A stretch of DNA of 64,000 bases. It comes from a virus. This document shows, piece by piece, positions 15,966 to 24,231 of the stretch. The position numbers were made by a program, and so were the translations under genes. Where the stretch lies: IMG/VR virus record IMGVR_UViG_3300045988_133686, positions 1 through 64,000 of that record. One strand, written 5' to 3'. The notes below the pieces were generated by a model that saw only the letters and a program-made list of their open reading frames with translations, was not told where the DNA came from and did not search any database. Numbering within the stretch: position 1 is the first letter of the stretch; each line of letters begins with the position of its first letter.

Positions 15966-17597
15966 ATGATTAAATTACGCGAAGTTTATGATAAAGTTTA
16001 TCGTAACTCGCGTTTTTCTTTCTTTATAGGCGAAAAAGAGTATTCAACCCGCGTGATTAACGTCACGTTCAACTATTCCGTGAAGGAGTTCAACAAGCTC
16101 GGCAAGGATACCTATATCCGCAATGGCTACCTCGCCCGTAACGTTGACTTCGAGGACTGCGCGTGCGTGCGGGACGGTCAGCTCGTCGGGATAAAGTGCG
16201 GTGAGCTGGTAGAGAACCCATTGCCGCCGGAAACGCTCGGCAAGTTCTTTCTTGTGCAGGATGGCAAGTACGCGGCAAAGACAAACATCTCCTCCACGCT
16301 GTCCGTGGCTGACTTGCGGCATGAGCTGTACGATAATGGCTTCGACTGCGATGGCGTTCACTATGTGCGCTATAAGCGATCCAGCGGCAGCTCGCGCGTC
16401 GGCAAGTGTCTGTTCGTCGATGAGAAAATGTACAGCCGCCTGCATCGCTATGACCTGTGCGGCCTGAAGGTGCGGGAGGGAGATAAGATTGACCTCGCCG
16501 GGTTTGAGTCCTATATCGCACTGACCTCTAGCTCAATCATTGACACATTGCAGATTGATCCGCGCGGCATTCTCATGATTGATGACTACGACAGCACCTT
16601 CCGCGACCATGTTGTCGCTACGGGCGTGCGAGATGGCGAGGTATACACAGAGTATACTGACACAGATGTGACCAACTCCATATGGGACGGTCAGTCGTTG
16701 ATGCAGACCGAGTTATTCGGCTCATACGCGCAGTATGGCTTTGTGCTGCTGCGCAACCGCTTCTTCAAGAGTGCGTGCTTTAATTGCGACATCCAGCAGT
16801 TCTTCGCAGATCATGGTATCACAAGCATCGATCAGGTACACGGCAAGACGCTAGCAGCCCGGCTGGAAGACATTAAGCTCATCACCACGCCGTCCAGCAT
16901 CAAATACCTGAAGTTCGGCACCTTCGAGCAATGGCTTAACAACATCGAGCCAACATTTGGCGTTGTCAAACACGAGAAGCCGACGCACTTTTTCGGCGGC
17001 CGCATGGTTCAGACACACTATCAGCTTCTAAACACTCTACAGCTTTCGCAGAAAGAGGTTGACGAATTCCTGGCTCCGTCGCTGGAATATGTGCGGCAGC
17101 TACGCTTCAATCCGGCTGTGCTGCGGTGGCACATCAAGTATCCTGAGAAACAGGGAATCAGCGGCACGCCTATGCCGACAAAGAATGACATTGTTTACAG
17201 GCTGCTCGGCATCAACGAGGACTTCGCGAAGACCAAGGAGTACGCAGAGTTCCGCGGCGATCTCGTAAAGTCATATATGACAGATTTGCGCAAAGGCAAG
17301 GTGCTGGTCGAAGGCAATTATAGTACGCTGTGCGGTAATCCTGTCGAGATGTTATATGCCTCCATCGGAGAGTTTGATGGCAAGTCACGCATCGGCGTCG
17401 GGTGTGTCGTGTCGAAGAGGTTTGCGCCGGGCATCACGTTGCTTGGCTCACGCAGCCCGCATATCACCATCGCCAATGTGTGGCTGTCACAGAATACGGC
17501 GAATGAAGAAATCGAGCGGTACTTTGTGATGACGGACGAGATCTTATATATCAATAGTATCGGTGAAAATATTTTACAACGTCTGAGTGGGTGCGAT
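15966..17597 (+). CDS. YonO-like single-subunit (two-barrel) RNA polymerase, exon 1
   Basis: 544 codons ending ...GSRSPHITIANVWL...ENILQRLSGCD. The frame is also open 58 codons upstream to an SD at 15791, so the true start may be upstream. The family call rests on RSPxxxxxxV...LSGxD|FDSD, which resembles the catalytic region of YonO/QDE-1-type polymerases. Confidence 0.75.
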
Positions 17598-17871
17598 TGC
17601 CCTAAAGGTCGCGTTGCGTAGGAATGCGCAATGAAAACCATGTGAACCCATACATATGGGGTGTGGAAGAAATTCTGCTAACGGTGAACATCTAAGTGTC
17701 CAACATATGACAACACCGTGCCAAGCTGATCGTTAACAATATTATTAACGGCAGAAGGTGTAACGACTAAGTGGCGGCGGGTGCAATTCCCATCGTCCAG
17801 CGCGTGGCGCCGAGTTCCGGCGAAGAGATAGTCTACTCCGTTCAAATATGGCGAAAGCCACGGTAGAAAGG
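17598..17871 (+). ncRNA. group I self-splicing intron (ORF-less, 274 nt)
   Basis: The 5' exon ends in U, pairing as U-G within P1 (UGCGAU/GUCGCG, 17592-97 with 17608-13). The terminal G is at 17871. An R-like ACGACUAAG and an S-like AAGAGAUAGUCU form P7 (GACUA 17765-69 / UAGUC 17829-33). There is a GAAA-capped hairpin at 17849-60. Joining the exons restores the frame and a DxDxD motif. Confidence 0.8.
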
Positions 17872-18843
17872 TTTGACTCAGACACTGTATTACTCACTGA
17901 TAATAAACTTCTGATTGATGTAGCTCGCCGCAACACTGACTTCGAAGTGCCGACGAGCATGATTAAGGCCGCGAAGGCAAACCTCTATTATACCAACAAA
18001 GATAAGGCCGACCTCGATATTCGCACGAGCGTTAACAAGATCGGCGAGATCATCAACATGTCTCAGGAACTGAATACTAAGCTATGGGACAAACTCAACA
18101 CCGGCACGCCGAAGAGTTCCGATGAGGTTCGCAACCTATATAAAGACATCGCCCAGTTGGACGTCATGTCTAACATCGAGATTGACCGCGCGAAGAAGAT
18201 TCTCCCAGTAGACAACGTGGCCGAACTCAAAAAGCTCAAGGAATGTTATAAGAACAAAGATGAGAAGGGGCGCAAAATCCGCCCGAACTTCTTTGCTCCT
18301 CTCGCCCGCAGCAAGGGCTACTACGACACAGAGAAAGTCAACTACAAGCGGTTCCATACAGCCATGGATTATGTGCAACACACGCTGAATTGCTTCCAAT
18401 ATAAGTTGCGCGAATACAAGATGGAACTGCTCCCGCTCTCCTCTATCCTCGATCCAAGCATCTCAACCGACACCGCTGACTATGACAAGGTGCGGCAGGT
18501 GCTGCGGATCGTGCGCGAGTGTCAGAGCACGGCTAAAGACATTTGGCGCGATGACTCCATGCCTGGCGCCGCGAAGGCCGAACGGGTTGCAGAGCTGCGT
18601 GCCGACTGTGCGTCTCTGGTTGGCCACTTCGTCATCTCGGTTGAGACAGCACGAGCTTTAGTGCTAGCGATCGAGAAAGAAAGCAACCGCGACGTGCGGC
18701 AGTACCTCTTCACCGTCCTCTTCGGCACGCCGAACCCCGCGCTGATCGATGCTTTGCGCCGCAGCGTCTCTCCGATCCCCCTCATCGTGCCTGATGACAA
18801 TGGAGACATTGTGCTGTACGGTCGCAGTTTTTCGCAAAAATAG
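17872..18843 (+). CDS. YonO-like RNA polymerase, exon 2
   Basis: In frame with exon 1 after intron removal. It begins FDSDTVLLTDNKLLIDVA. The ATG at 17848 listed in the track has no SD and lies inside the intron. The spliced product is 867 aa. Confidence 0.75.
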   Translation, partial: FDSDTVLLTDNKLLIDVARRNTDFEVPTSMIKAAKANLYYTNKDKADLDIRTSVNKIGEIINMSQELNTKLWDKLNTGTPKSSDEVRNLYKDIAQLDVMSNIEIDRAKKILPVDNVAELKKLKECYKNKDEKGRKIRPNFFAPLARSKGYYDTEKVNYKRFHTAMDYVQHTLNCFQYKLREYKMELLPLSSILDPSISTDTADYDKVRQVLRIVRECQSTAKDIWRDDSMPGAAKAERVAELRADCASLVGHFVISVETARALVLAIEKESNRDVRQYLFTVLFGTPNPALIDALRRSVSPIPLIVPDDNGDIVLYGRSFSQK

Positions 18844-18969
18844 CCCATATTTTCCAGGTAAGGTTTTAAGAATGCCTGAATTCAGGGCTTTTTCATCGCT
18901 TTTGCTAGACCCCATGTGGTACATTAGGCATTTTAATGTGCCGCATTTGAATAGAAGGGATGAAAGGGA

Positions 18970-19182
18970 ATGATCCAGATTACCAAGCAAGAGGCGGATA
19001 GACTCCGCCGCATCGACCCGACCATTTACATCACTATCACCGGCACCGGCAAGAAGAGTCGCAACAAGCGCCGTTACGTTGAAGAAGATATGCGGGCGCT
19101 GCGTCTGCTGCCGGACAACGCCGAGGCCGCCGCCATCGTGTCAGCTTATGACAAGCGTATGGAGGCGCGCAGCCATGTATAA
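18970..19182 (+). CDS. hypothetical small basic protein
   Basis: 70-aa ORF with GGGATGAAAGGGA upstream. Confidence 0.5.
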   Translation: MIQITKQEADRLRRIDPTIYITITGTGKKSRNKRRYVEEDMRALRLLPDNAEAAAIVSAYDKRMEARSHV

Positions 19183-20158
19183 GAGACACGCTAACGAGCC
19201 GTATGAAGACTACTTCGTGCGGCTCTTTGAGCACAAATCAGAGTATGGGTTGACCTGCCAGCAAATCGCAGACCTCTTGAATGCACAGAACGGCAACGCT
19301 TTTGGTGAGTGTGCGTACCGCAAGGAATACAGCGCCTTTAACCGAGGCCGAAGGTATGAACGCGCACAAGCCGAAAGAGGTGTTGCCGCGCGCATTCTCT
19401 GCGTGAGTGACCTCCATGTGCCGTTCCAGCTCCCCGTGGAAACCTTCCATGACTATGCTGGCGGCGTAGTCGATACCTTGGTCATTAATGGTGACGTCGA
19501 GGACTGCCAGAGTGTGTCTGCCTTCCAGAAGAAATACCGCGTTAATTTTATAGAAGAGATGATCGCGGCGCGGCAGTATCTGCTCGACCTCATTGAGCAC
19601 ATCAAGCCACGCACCGTCTACATTACGCGCGGCAATCACGAGGATAGACTGCTGCGATACCTGACCGACCGCATCAATGACGACCTGCTCCAGCTTATGC
19701 CGGACTCGCCGCTCGACCTTATTATCAACAGCGGCTTCCATAATTATGACCGCAAGACAGAGGTTGATGTCTTTTACAGGCCATTGCGGCAGGTACTGGA
19801 TGGACAGGTTGAGCTGATCTATGACGGCAACTGGCACTGCAAAGTTGGGCACACAATCTTTGCCCACCCGCTCACTTACTCATCCGCGATGTTGAAGACC
19901 ACTGAGAAAGCGGTCAACTTCTTCCTGCGCGAAGATCGGGACTTTGATTCGATCGTGCTGGCTCATACGCACAAGCTCGGCCAGTATGTGCAGGGTGGCA
20001 TTGCGATGTACGAGCAAGGGTGCTGCTGCCAGGTTGAAAAGATGAATTACGCTGATGGTAAGTTAACGCTGCCACAGCAGAAGGGCTTTATTGTCATAGC
20101 CCAGGATAAGGATGGGCATATTTTGCCCGATCACACGAAGTTAGTGCAGCTAAATTAA
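19175..20158 (+). CDS. calcineurin-like metallophosphoesterase
   Basis: Start at 19175 (MYKRHANEPY). Motifs seen: CVSDLHVP (DxH), INGDVED (GD), RGNHED (GNHE), LAHTHK (GHxH-like). Confidence 0.8.
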   Translation: MYKRHANEPYEDYFVRLFEHKSEYGLTCQQIADLLNAQNGNAFGECAYRKEYSAFNRGRRYERAQAERGVAARILCVSDLHVPFQLPVETFHDYAGGVVDTLVINGDVEDCQSVSAFQKKYRVNFIEEMIAARQYLLDLIEHIKPRTVYITRGNHEDRLLRYLTDRINDDLLQLMPDSPLDLIINSGFHNYDRKTEVDVFYRPLRQVLDGQVELIYDGNWHCKVGHTIFAHPLTYSSAMLKTTEKAVNFFLREDRDFDSIVLAHTHKLGQYVQGGIAMYEQGCCCQVEKMNYADGKLTLPQQKGFIVIAQDKDGHILPDHTKLVQLN

Positions 20159-20187
20159 CTAATAAAGAATATAAGGAGCATACAAGG

Positions 20188-20973
20188 ATGAACGAGCTGA
20201 AGACTTTTGAAAATGAACGTTTTGGTAATGTGCGTGTGACCATGATTGACAATGAACCGTGGTTCGTGGCGACTGATGTGTGCAAGGCGCTGGACGTCAA
20301 GAATAATAGAGATGCGCTCACTCGTATTGACGATGATGAGAAGGGTGTAGCTTTAACCGACACCCTTGGCGGCGCACAGGAAGTTACTGTTGTCAACGAA
20401 TCTGGCCTCTACTCCCTTGTGCTTGGCAGCCGTAAGCCAGAGGCTAAGGTCTTTAAGCGTTGGATCACCCACGACGTTATTCCCACTATTCGCAAGCATG
20501 GTGTCTATATGACCCCAGACGCTCTCGAAAAGGCGCTGCTCTCGCCGGACTATCTGCTAAAGGTTGTCACCGCTCTCAAGAACGAGACGGATAAGCGCAA
20601 GGCACTTGAGAAGAAGGTTGAACATGACAAACCGAAGGTTATCCTTGCTGATGCGATCACTGAGTCCGACGACTCTGTGCTCGTAAAAACACTGGCAACC
20701 ATCCTGAAGCAGAACGGCTATGACATCGGTCAAAACCGTCTGTTCGAGCGGCTTCGCAATGAAGGTTTCCTTGTTTCTCGCGCCGGTAATTCCCGCAATC
20801 TCCCCACTCAGAAGTCTATGGATATGGGCTTGTTCGAAGTGCGCGAGAGCGTGATCTACTCCGGCCGTGACACTAAAGTTGTCCAGACTCCCTATGTTAC
20901 TGGCAAAGGCCAGATCTACTTCGTCAATAAATACTGCGGACATCCGCCCATTAAGGAACTGGCGGAAGAGTAA
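20188..20973 (+). CDS. phage antirepressor (Bro-N + KilAC), third paralogue
   Basis: FENERFGNVRVTMIDNEPWFVATDVCKALDV...GLYSLVLGSRKPEAKVFKRWITHDVIPTIRKHG fits Bro-N. The KilAC-like C-terminus is VLVKTLATILKQNGYDIGQNRLFERLRNEGFL. Confidence 0.85.
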   Translation: MNELKTFENERFGNVRVTMIDNEPWFVATDVCKALDVKNNRDALTRIDDDEKGVALTDTLGGAQEVTVVNESGLYSLVLGSRKPEAKVFKRWITHDVIPTIRKHGVYMTPDALEKALLSPDYLLKVVTALKNETDKRKALEKKVEHDKPKVILADAITESDDSVLVKTLATILKQNGYDIGQNRLFERLRNEGFLVSRAGNSRNLPTQKSMDMGLFEVRESVIYSGRDTKVVQTPYVTGKGQIYFVNKYCGHPPIKELAEE

Positions 20974-21006
20974 CGCCCGCATCGCATAGTCAATGAGGGT
21001 GCGGTA

Positions 21007-21033
21007 AAACGCCGCACCCTTTGAATAAAAAGA
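21007..21033 (+). terminator. hairpin terminator built from a relic Bro-N coding fragment
   Basis: GGGTGCGG-taaaacg-CCGCACCC followed by TTTGAAT. 21 nt (21011-21031) are identical to 13113-13133 inside the first antirepressor gene. Confidence 0.5.
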
Positions 21034-21073
21034 GTGGTTAGCTTAAACTAACCGAAAGAAAGGAAAGAAAGAA

Positions 21074-21376
21074 ATGAAAAACACTGTAGGTAAAATTGAA
21101 CTTGTCAAGGAGGTTGGCCTCCAGACCGGCGTCGCGCGCCAGACCGTTAGTGAAGTATTTGACGCAATCTTTGCTACTATTATTGAAGAGATGTCTCAGG
21201 GCAACGAGGTGAGCGTCAAGAACTTTGGCACCTTTACCCTTAATCATGTAGATGCTACTGAATGGCTCAGTAAGCTGACGAACGAAACGTACAAGACTCC
21301 CGCCCACAACACGCCCCGCTTTAAGGCGTCGCTATGGATGAAGACCCAGATCCGCAATGGGAGCACTGAGGAGTAA
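21074..21376 (+). CDS. HU/IHF-family DNA-binding protein (divergent arm)
   Basis: KIELVKEVGLQTGVARQTVSEVFDAIFATIIEEMSQGNEVSVKNFGTFTL...PRFKAS follows the HU fold pattern. The usual RNPxTG arm motif is not conserved. Confidence 0.65.
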   Translation: MKNTVGKIELVKEVGLQTGVARQTVSEVFDAIFATIIEEMSQGNEVSVKNFGTFTLNHVDATEWLSKLTNETYKTPAHNTPRFKASLWMKTQIRNGSTEE

Positions 21377-22389
21377 TGCCTTCCATCAAAAAGCGTGGCG
21401 AACTCAAGGTGTCCGCCGCGGCCAAGGACGTCCTGCGTCATGGCGTTGCCGGTGATTATAGATGTACATGCTGCGGGGAGCTTTATCACGAGCAACCCGC
21501 AAACTTCTATCGCACCCGCAACCCTCTGTACCGTGCGAACAATGGTTATCTGACGATCTGCAAGCGCTGCATGAACGACCTGTACGACAAGTATGTTATG
21601 CGCTTTGACTCCGAGGATGCCGCCATTGAGCGGGTGTGCGACATGTTTAACCTGCCGTTCCGCGACACCATTGTGCAGGGGTCATTTCGCCGCGTCGGTG
21701 AAGAGACTCGCCTAGATTGTTATATGCGCCGCGTTATGATGCCCGCGTATATGAACGACACCTACGACGATGTGATACTTGCCCGCCGTGAGGAAGCCGC
21801 TAAGATCAAAGACCCTGAACAGATCACGGAAGAGCACGACACATACGACCTGCAAAAGTTGCTGCGCTTCTGGGGTCCCGGCTTCGAGGACAATGAGCTT
21901 GTCTTTTTACAGGACGAGTATAATGACTGGCGCACAAGGTATGAATGTCAGAGCAAGGCGCAGGAGGAAATCTTTAAGAATATCTCGCGCTTGCAACTCA
22001 TGGCAAATCGCGCACAGGAGAAGGGCAACACCAAGGCTTACATGGAAGCGGTTAAGCTTATACAAGACTTGACTGGCGATGCGAATATCAAGCCCAGCAA
22101 AGTCAATGACAATACGCTCGCCGACCAGAATACCTTCGGCACCCTTATCAAGAAATGGGAGGAACATGATCCTATCGCTGATCCTGACCCAGCTTGGCAG
22201 GACGTAGACGGCATTAAGCATTACATCACGACCTGGTTTCTTGGGCATCTGTGCCGGATATTCGGCGTAAAGAATGACGCCGCCGATGAATACGAGCGCG
22301 AGATCGAGAAATATACTGTCCACCCGCCGGAATACACCGACGACGAGGAGGCTGATGAGTATGTCGCAGCAGAAAATGACGGCGACTGA
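21376..22389 (+). CDS. putative terminase small subunit (called by position) with a CxxC...CxxC zinc ribbon
   Basis: It lies immediately upstream of, and overlaps, the large terminase gene. It has CTCCGE...CKRC and an acidic C-terminus. No family was recognised. Confidence 0.35.
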   Translation: MPSIKKRGELKVSAAAKDVLRHGVAGDYRCTCCGELYHEQPANFYRTRNPLYRANNGYLTICKRCMNDLYDKYVMRFDSEDAAIERVCDMFNLPFRDTIVQGSFRRVGEETRLDCYMRRVMMPAYMNDTYDDVILARREEAAKIKDPEQITEEHDTYDLQKLLRFWGPGFEDNELVFLQDEYNDWRTRYECQSKAQEEIFKNISRLQLMANRAQEKGNTKAYMEAVKLIQDLTGDANIKPSKVNDNTLADQNTFGTLIKKWEEHDPIADPDPAWQDVDGIKHYITTWFLGHLCRIFGVKNDAADEYEREIEKYTVHPPEYTDDEEADEYVAAENDGD

Positions 22390-24145
22390 AATTATGAACG
22401 CCAAAGCCGACAGGATTATGCGCGGTGTAAATTTATGGTGTAGCTTTTACAGGGCCAATCCACACAGGTTTTGTAAGGATTATTTGAATGTTCATCTAAA
22501 ATTATTCCAACAAATTCTGTTGGTTATGATGAATATCGATACAAATTTAATATATCTTGCCGCAAGAGGTCAAGGCAAGACATTCCTCACAGCCCTGTAC
22601 TGTGTGTGCCGCTGCATCCTATACCCCGGCACTAAAATCTGCTTGGCTAGTAAGACACGCAAACAGGGTATGGAAGTGTTGGAGAAAATCCGCACCATCT
22701 TCTACCCAAACTCAGCCAACCTTCGTCTAGAGATAAAGGAAATTGTCACCAATCAGGTTGACGCGCACATCACCTTTCACAACACATCTGAGATCTTTGT
22801 CCGCACGGCTGGCGAATCCGCCCGCGGCGCTCGTGCAAATATCCTGATCGTTGATGAGTATAGGCTTGTGCCGAAGGAAATCATTGATACCATTCTACGC
22901 AAATTCTTGACCGCACCCCGCATGCCGGAGTTCATGAACCGGCCGGAATACGCGAGCTATCCGGTGGAACGCAACAAGGAAATTTATCTCACATCTTGTT
23001 GGTATAAAAGCCACTGGGCTTTTGAGAAGGCCAAGGGTTACTTTAATAACCTGCGTGATGACACGAAGATGTACTTTATTTGTGGCCTGCCGTACCAGCT
23101 CTCCATTAAAGAAGGACTGCTCAGTGCGGCACAGATCGCGGACGAGATGAGCGAGGACGACTTCTCCCCCACCTCGTTTTCTATGGAAATGGGTTGTTTG
23201 TGGTACGACAATTCGAACGGCCTATACAACTTCGAGGATGTTTCTCGCACCCGCAAGATCAAGTTCCCGTACCTACCGCCGGAAATTTCCAATAAGATCA
23301 AAGACCCGCGGCTCAAGATACCTCCGAAGCCACCGGGCGAAACGCGCATTATATCCATGGATATAGCGCTGATGAGTTCTAAAGTGAATCGCAATGACGC
23401 CTCGGCCATTTTTGTCAACTTCTTGAATGAGAGCAGATCTGGCAACTACACCAGTAACATCGTATACACAGAGTCCTTTGAAGGCATTACCGCCGACAAA
23501 CAGGCGCTGCGTATAAGGAAGCTATTCGAGGAGTATGAGTGCGATTATCTCGTAATCGATAAGGTTGGCGTTGGCATGGGCGTTATCGACCTATTACTCA
23601 GTGACATATATGACCCCGATACCGGTGTCACTTATCCTGGCATATCGTGCTGTAATAATGAAGAGATTGCCGCGCGCTGCACAATCCAGAACGCGGAAAA
23701 AGTCATATGGGCTATCGATGGTTCGGCACGTCTGAACTCTGAGTGTGCAATTGGACTGCGTGATGCGTTCCAGCGTGGGCTTGTCAGGCTACCTGTCTCG
23801 GATATAGAGGCAGAGGAATACCTCTATGAGATTAAGGGCTTTGCCGCTATGAGCATCGAGGAACAGAACCAACTGCGCGTTGTCTATAAAAACTTCGCGC
23901 TGCTTGTTGAGGAGCTTGTCAATCTTGATTATCAAGCGCGTGATAATGTTATCCGTGTGCAAGAGAAGTCCGGCGCGCGCAAAGACCGCTATAGCTCATT
24001 GAGTTATAACGTGTATGTAGCACGCCTTATTGCACGTGATCTTGCAAATAAAAAGAATAGCAGCAGCTCGCTTGACTCTATCATGTTCCGCAACCCAACA
24101 ATCAGTCGCTTTGGTAAAACCGGAGTATTCCGGGCAAGGCGATAG
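22355..24145 (+). CDS. terL: terminase large subunit
   Basis: Walker A LAARGQGKTF, Walker B ANILIVDEY, and a C-terminal nuclease-like region (ISMDIALM...). The start is at 22355 or 22361, after GAGGAG. Confidence 0.85.
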   Translation: MSMSQQKMTATEIMNAKADRIMRGVNLWCSFYRANPHRFCKDYLNVHLKLFQQILLVMMNIDTNLIYLAARGQGKTFLTALYCVCRCILYPGTKICLASKTRKQGMEVLEKIRTIFYPNSANLRLEIKEIVTNQVDAHITFHNTSEIFVRTAGESARGARANILIVDEYRLVPKEIIDTILRKFLTAPRMPEFMNRPEYASYPVERNKEIYLTSCWYKSHWAFEKAKGYFNNLRDDTKMYFICGLPYQLSIKEGLLSAAQIADEMSEDDFSPTSFSMEMGCLWYDNSNGLYNFEDVSRTRKIKFPYLPPEISNKIKDPRLKIPPKPPGETRIISMDIALMSSKVNRNDASAIFVNFLNESRSGNYTSNIVYTESFEGITADKQALRIRKLFEEYECDYLVIDKVGVGMGVIDLLLSDIYDPDTGVTYPGISCCNNEEIAARCTIQNAEKVIWAIDGSARLNSECAIGLRDAFQRGLVRLPVSDIEAEEYLYEIKGFAAMSIEEQNQLRVVYKNFALLVEELVNLDYQARDNVIRVQEKSGARKDRYSSLSYNVYVARLIARDLANKKNSSSSLDSIMFRNPTISRFGKTGVFRARR

Positions 24146-24231
24146 AAAGGTGGTGAATTAATATCGCAGATCAGGAAAAGGAAACAAAGAAGGATCTTTC
24201 GTGGGTAGATCGGTTAGGTCAGTATGCTAAG

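Noticed and set aside
17598-17871. Alternative reading: the RNA polymerase is naturally split into two subunits, with ORF1 ending at 17621 and ORF2 starting at 17848.
   Set aside because: The split would fall between the first and second Asp of the catalytic DxDxD loop. ORF2 has no SD. The spacer carries P1, P7, terminal-G and GNRA hairpin features of a group I intron, with exact frame restoration. This reading is kept only as the refutation scenario.
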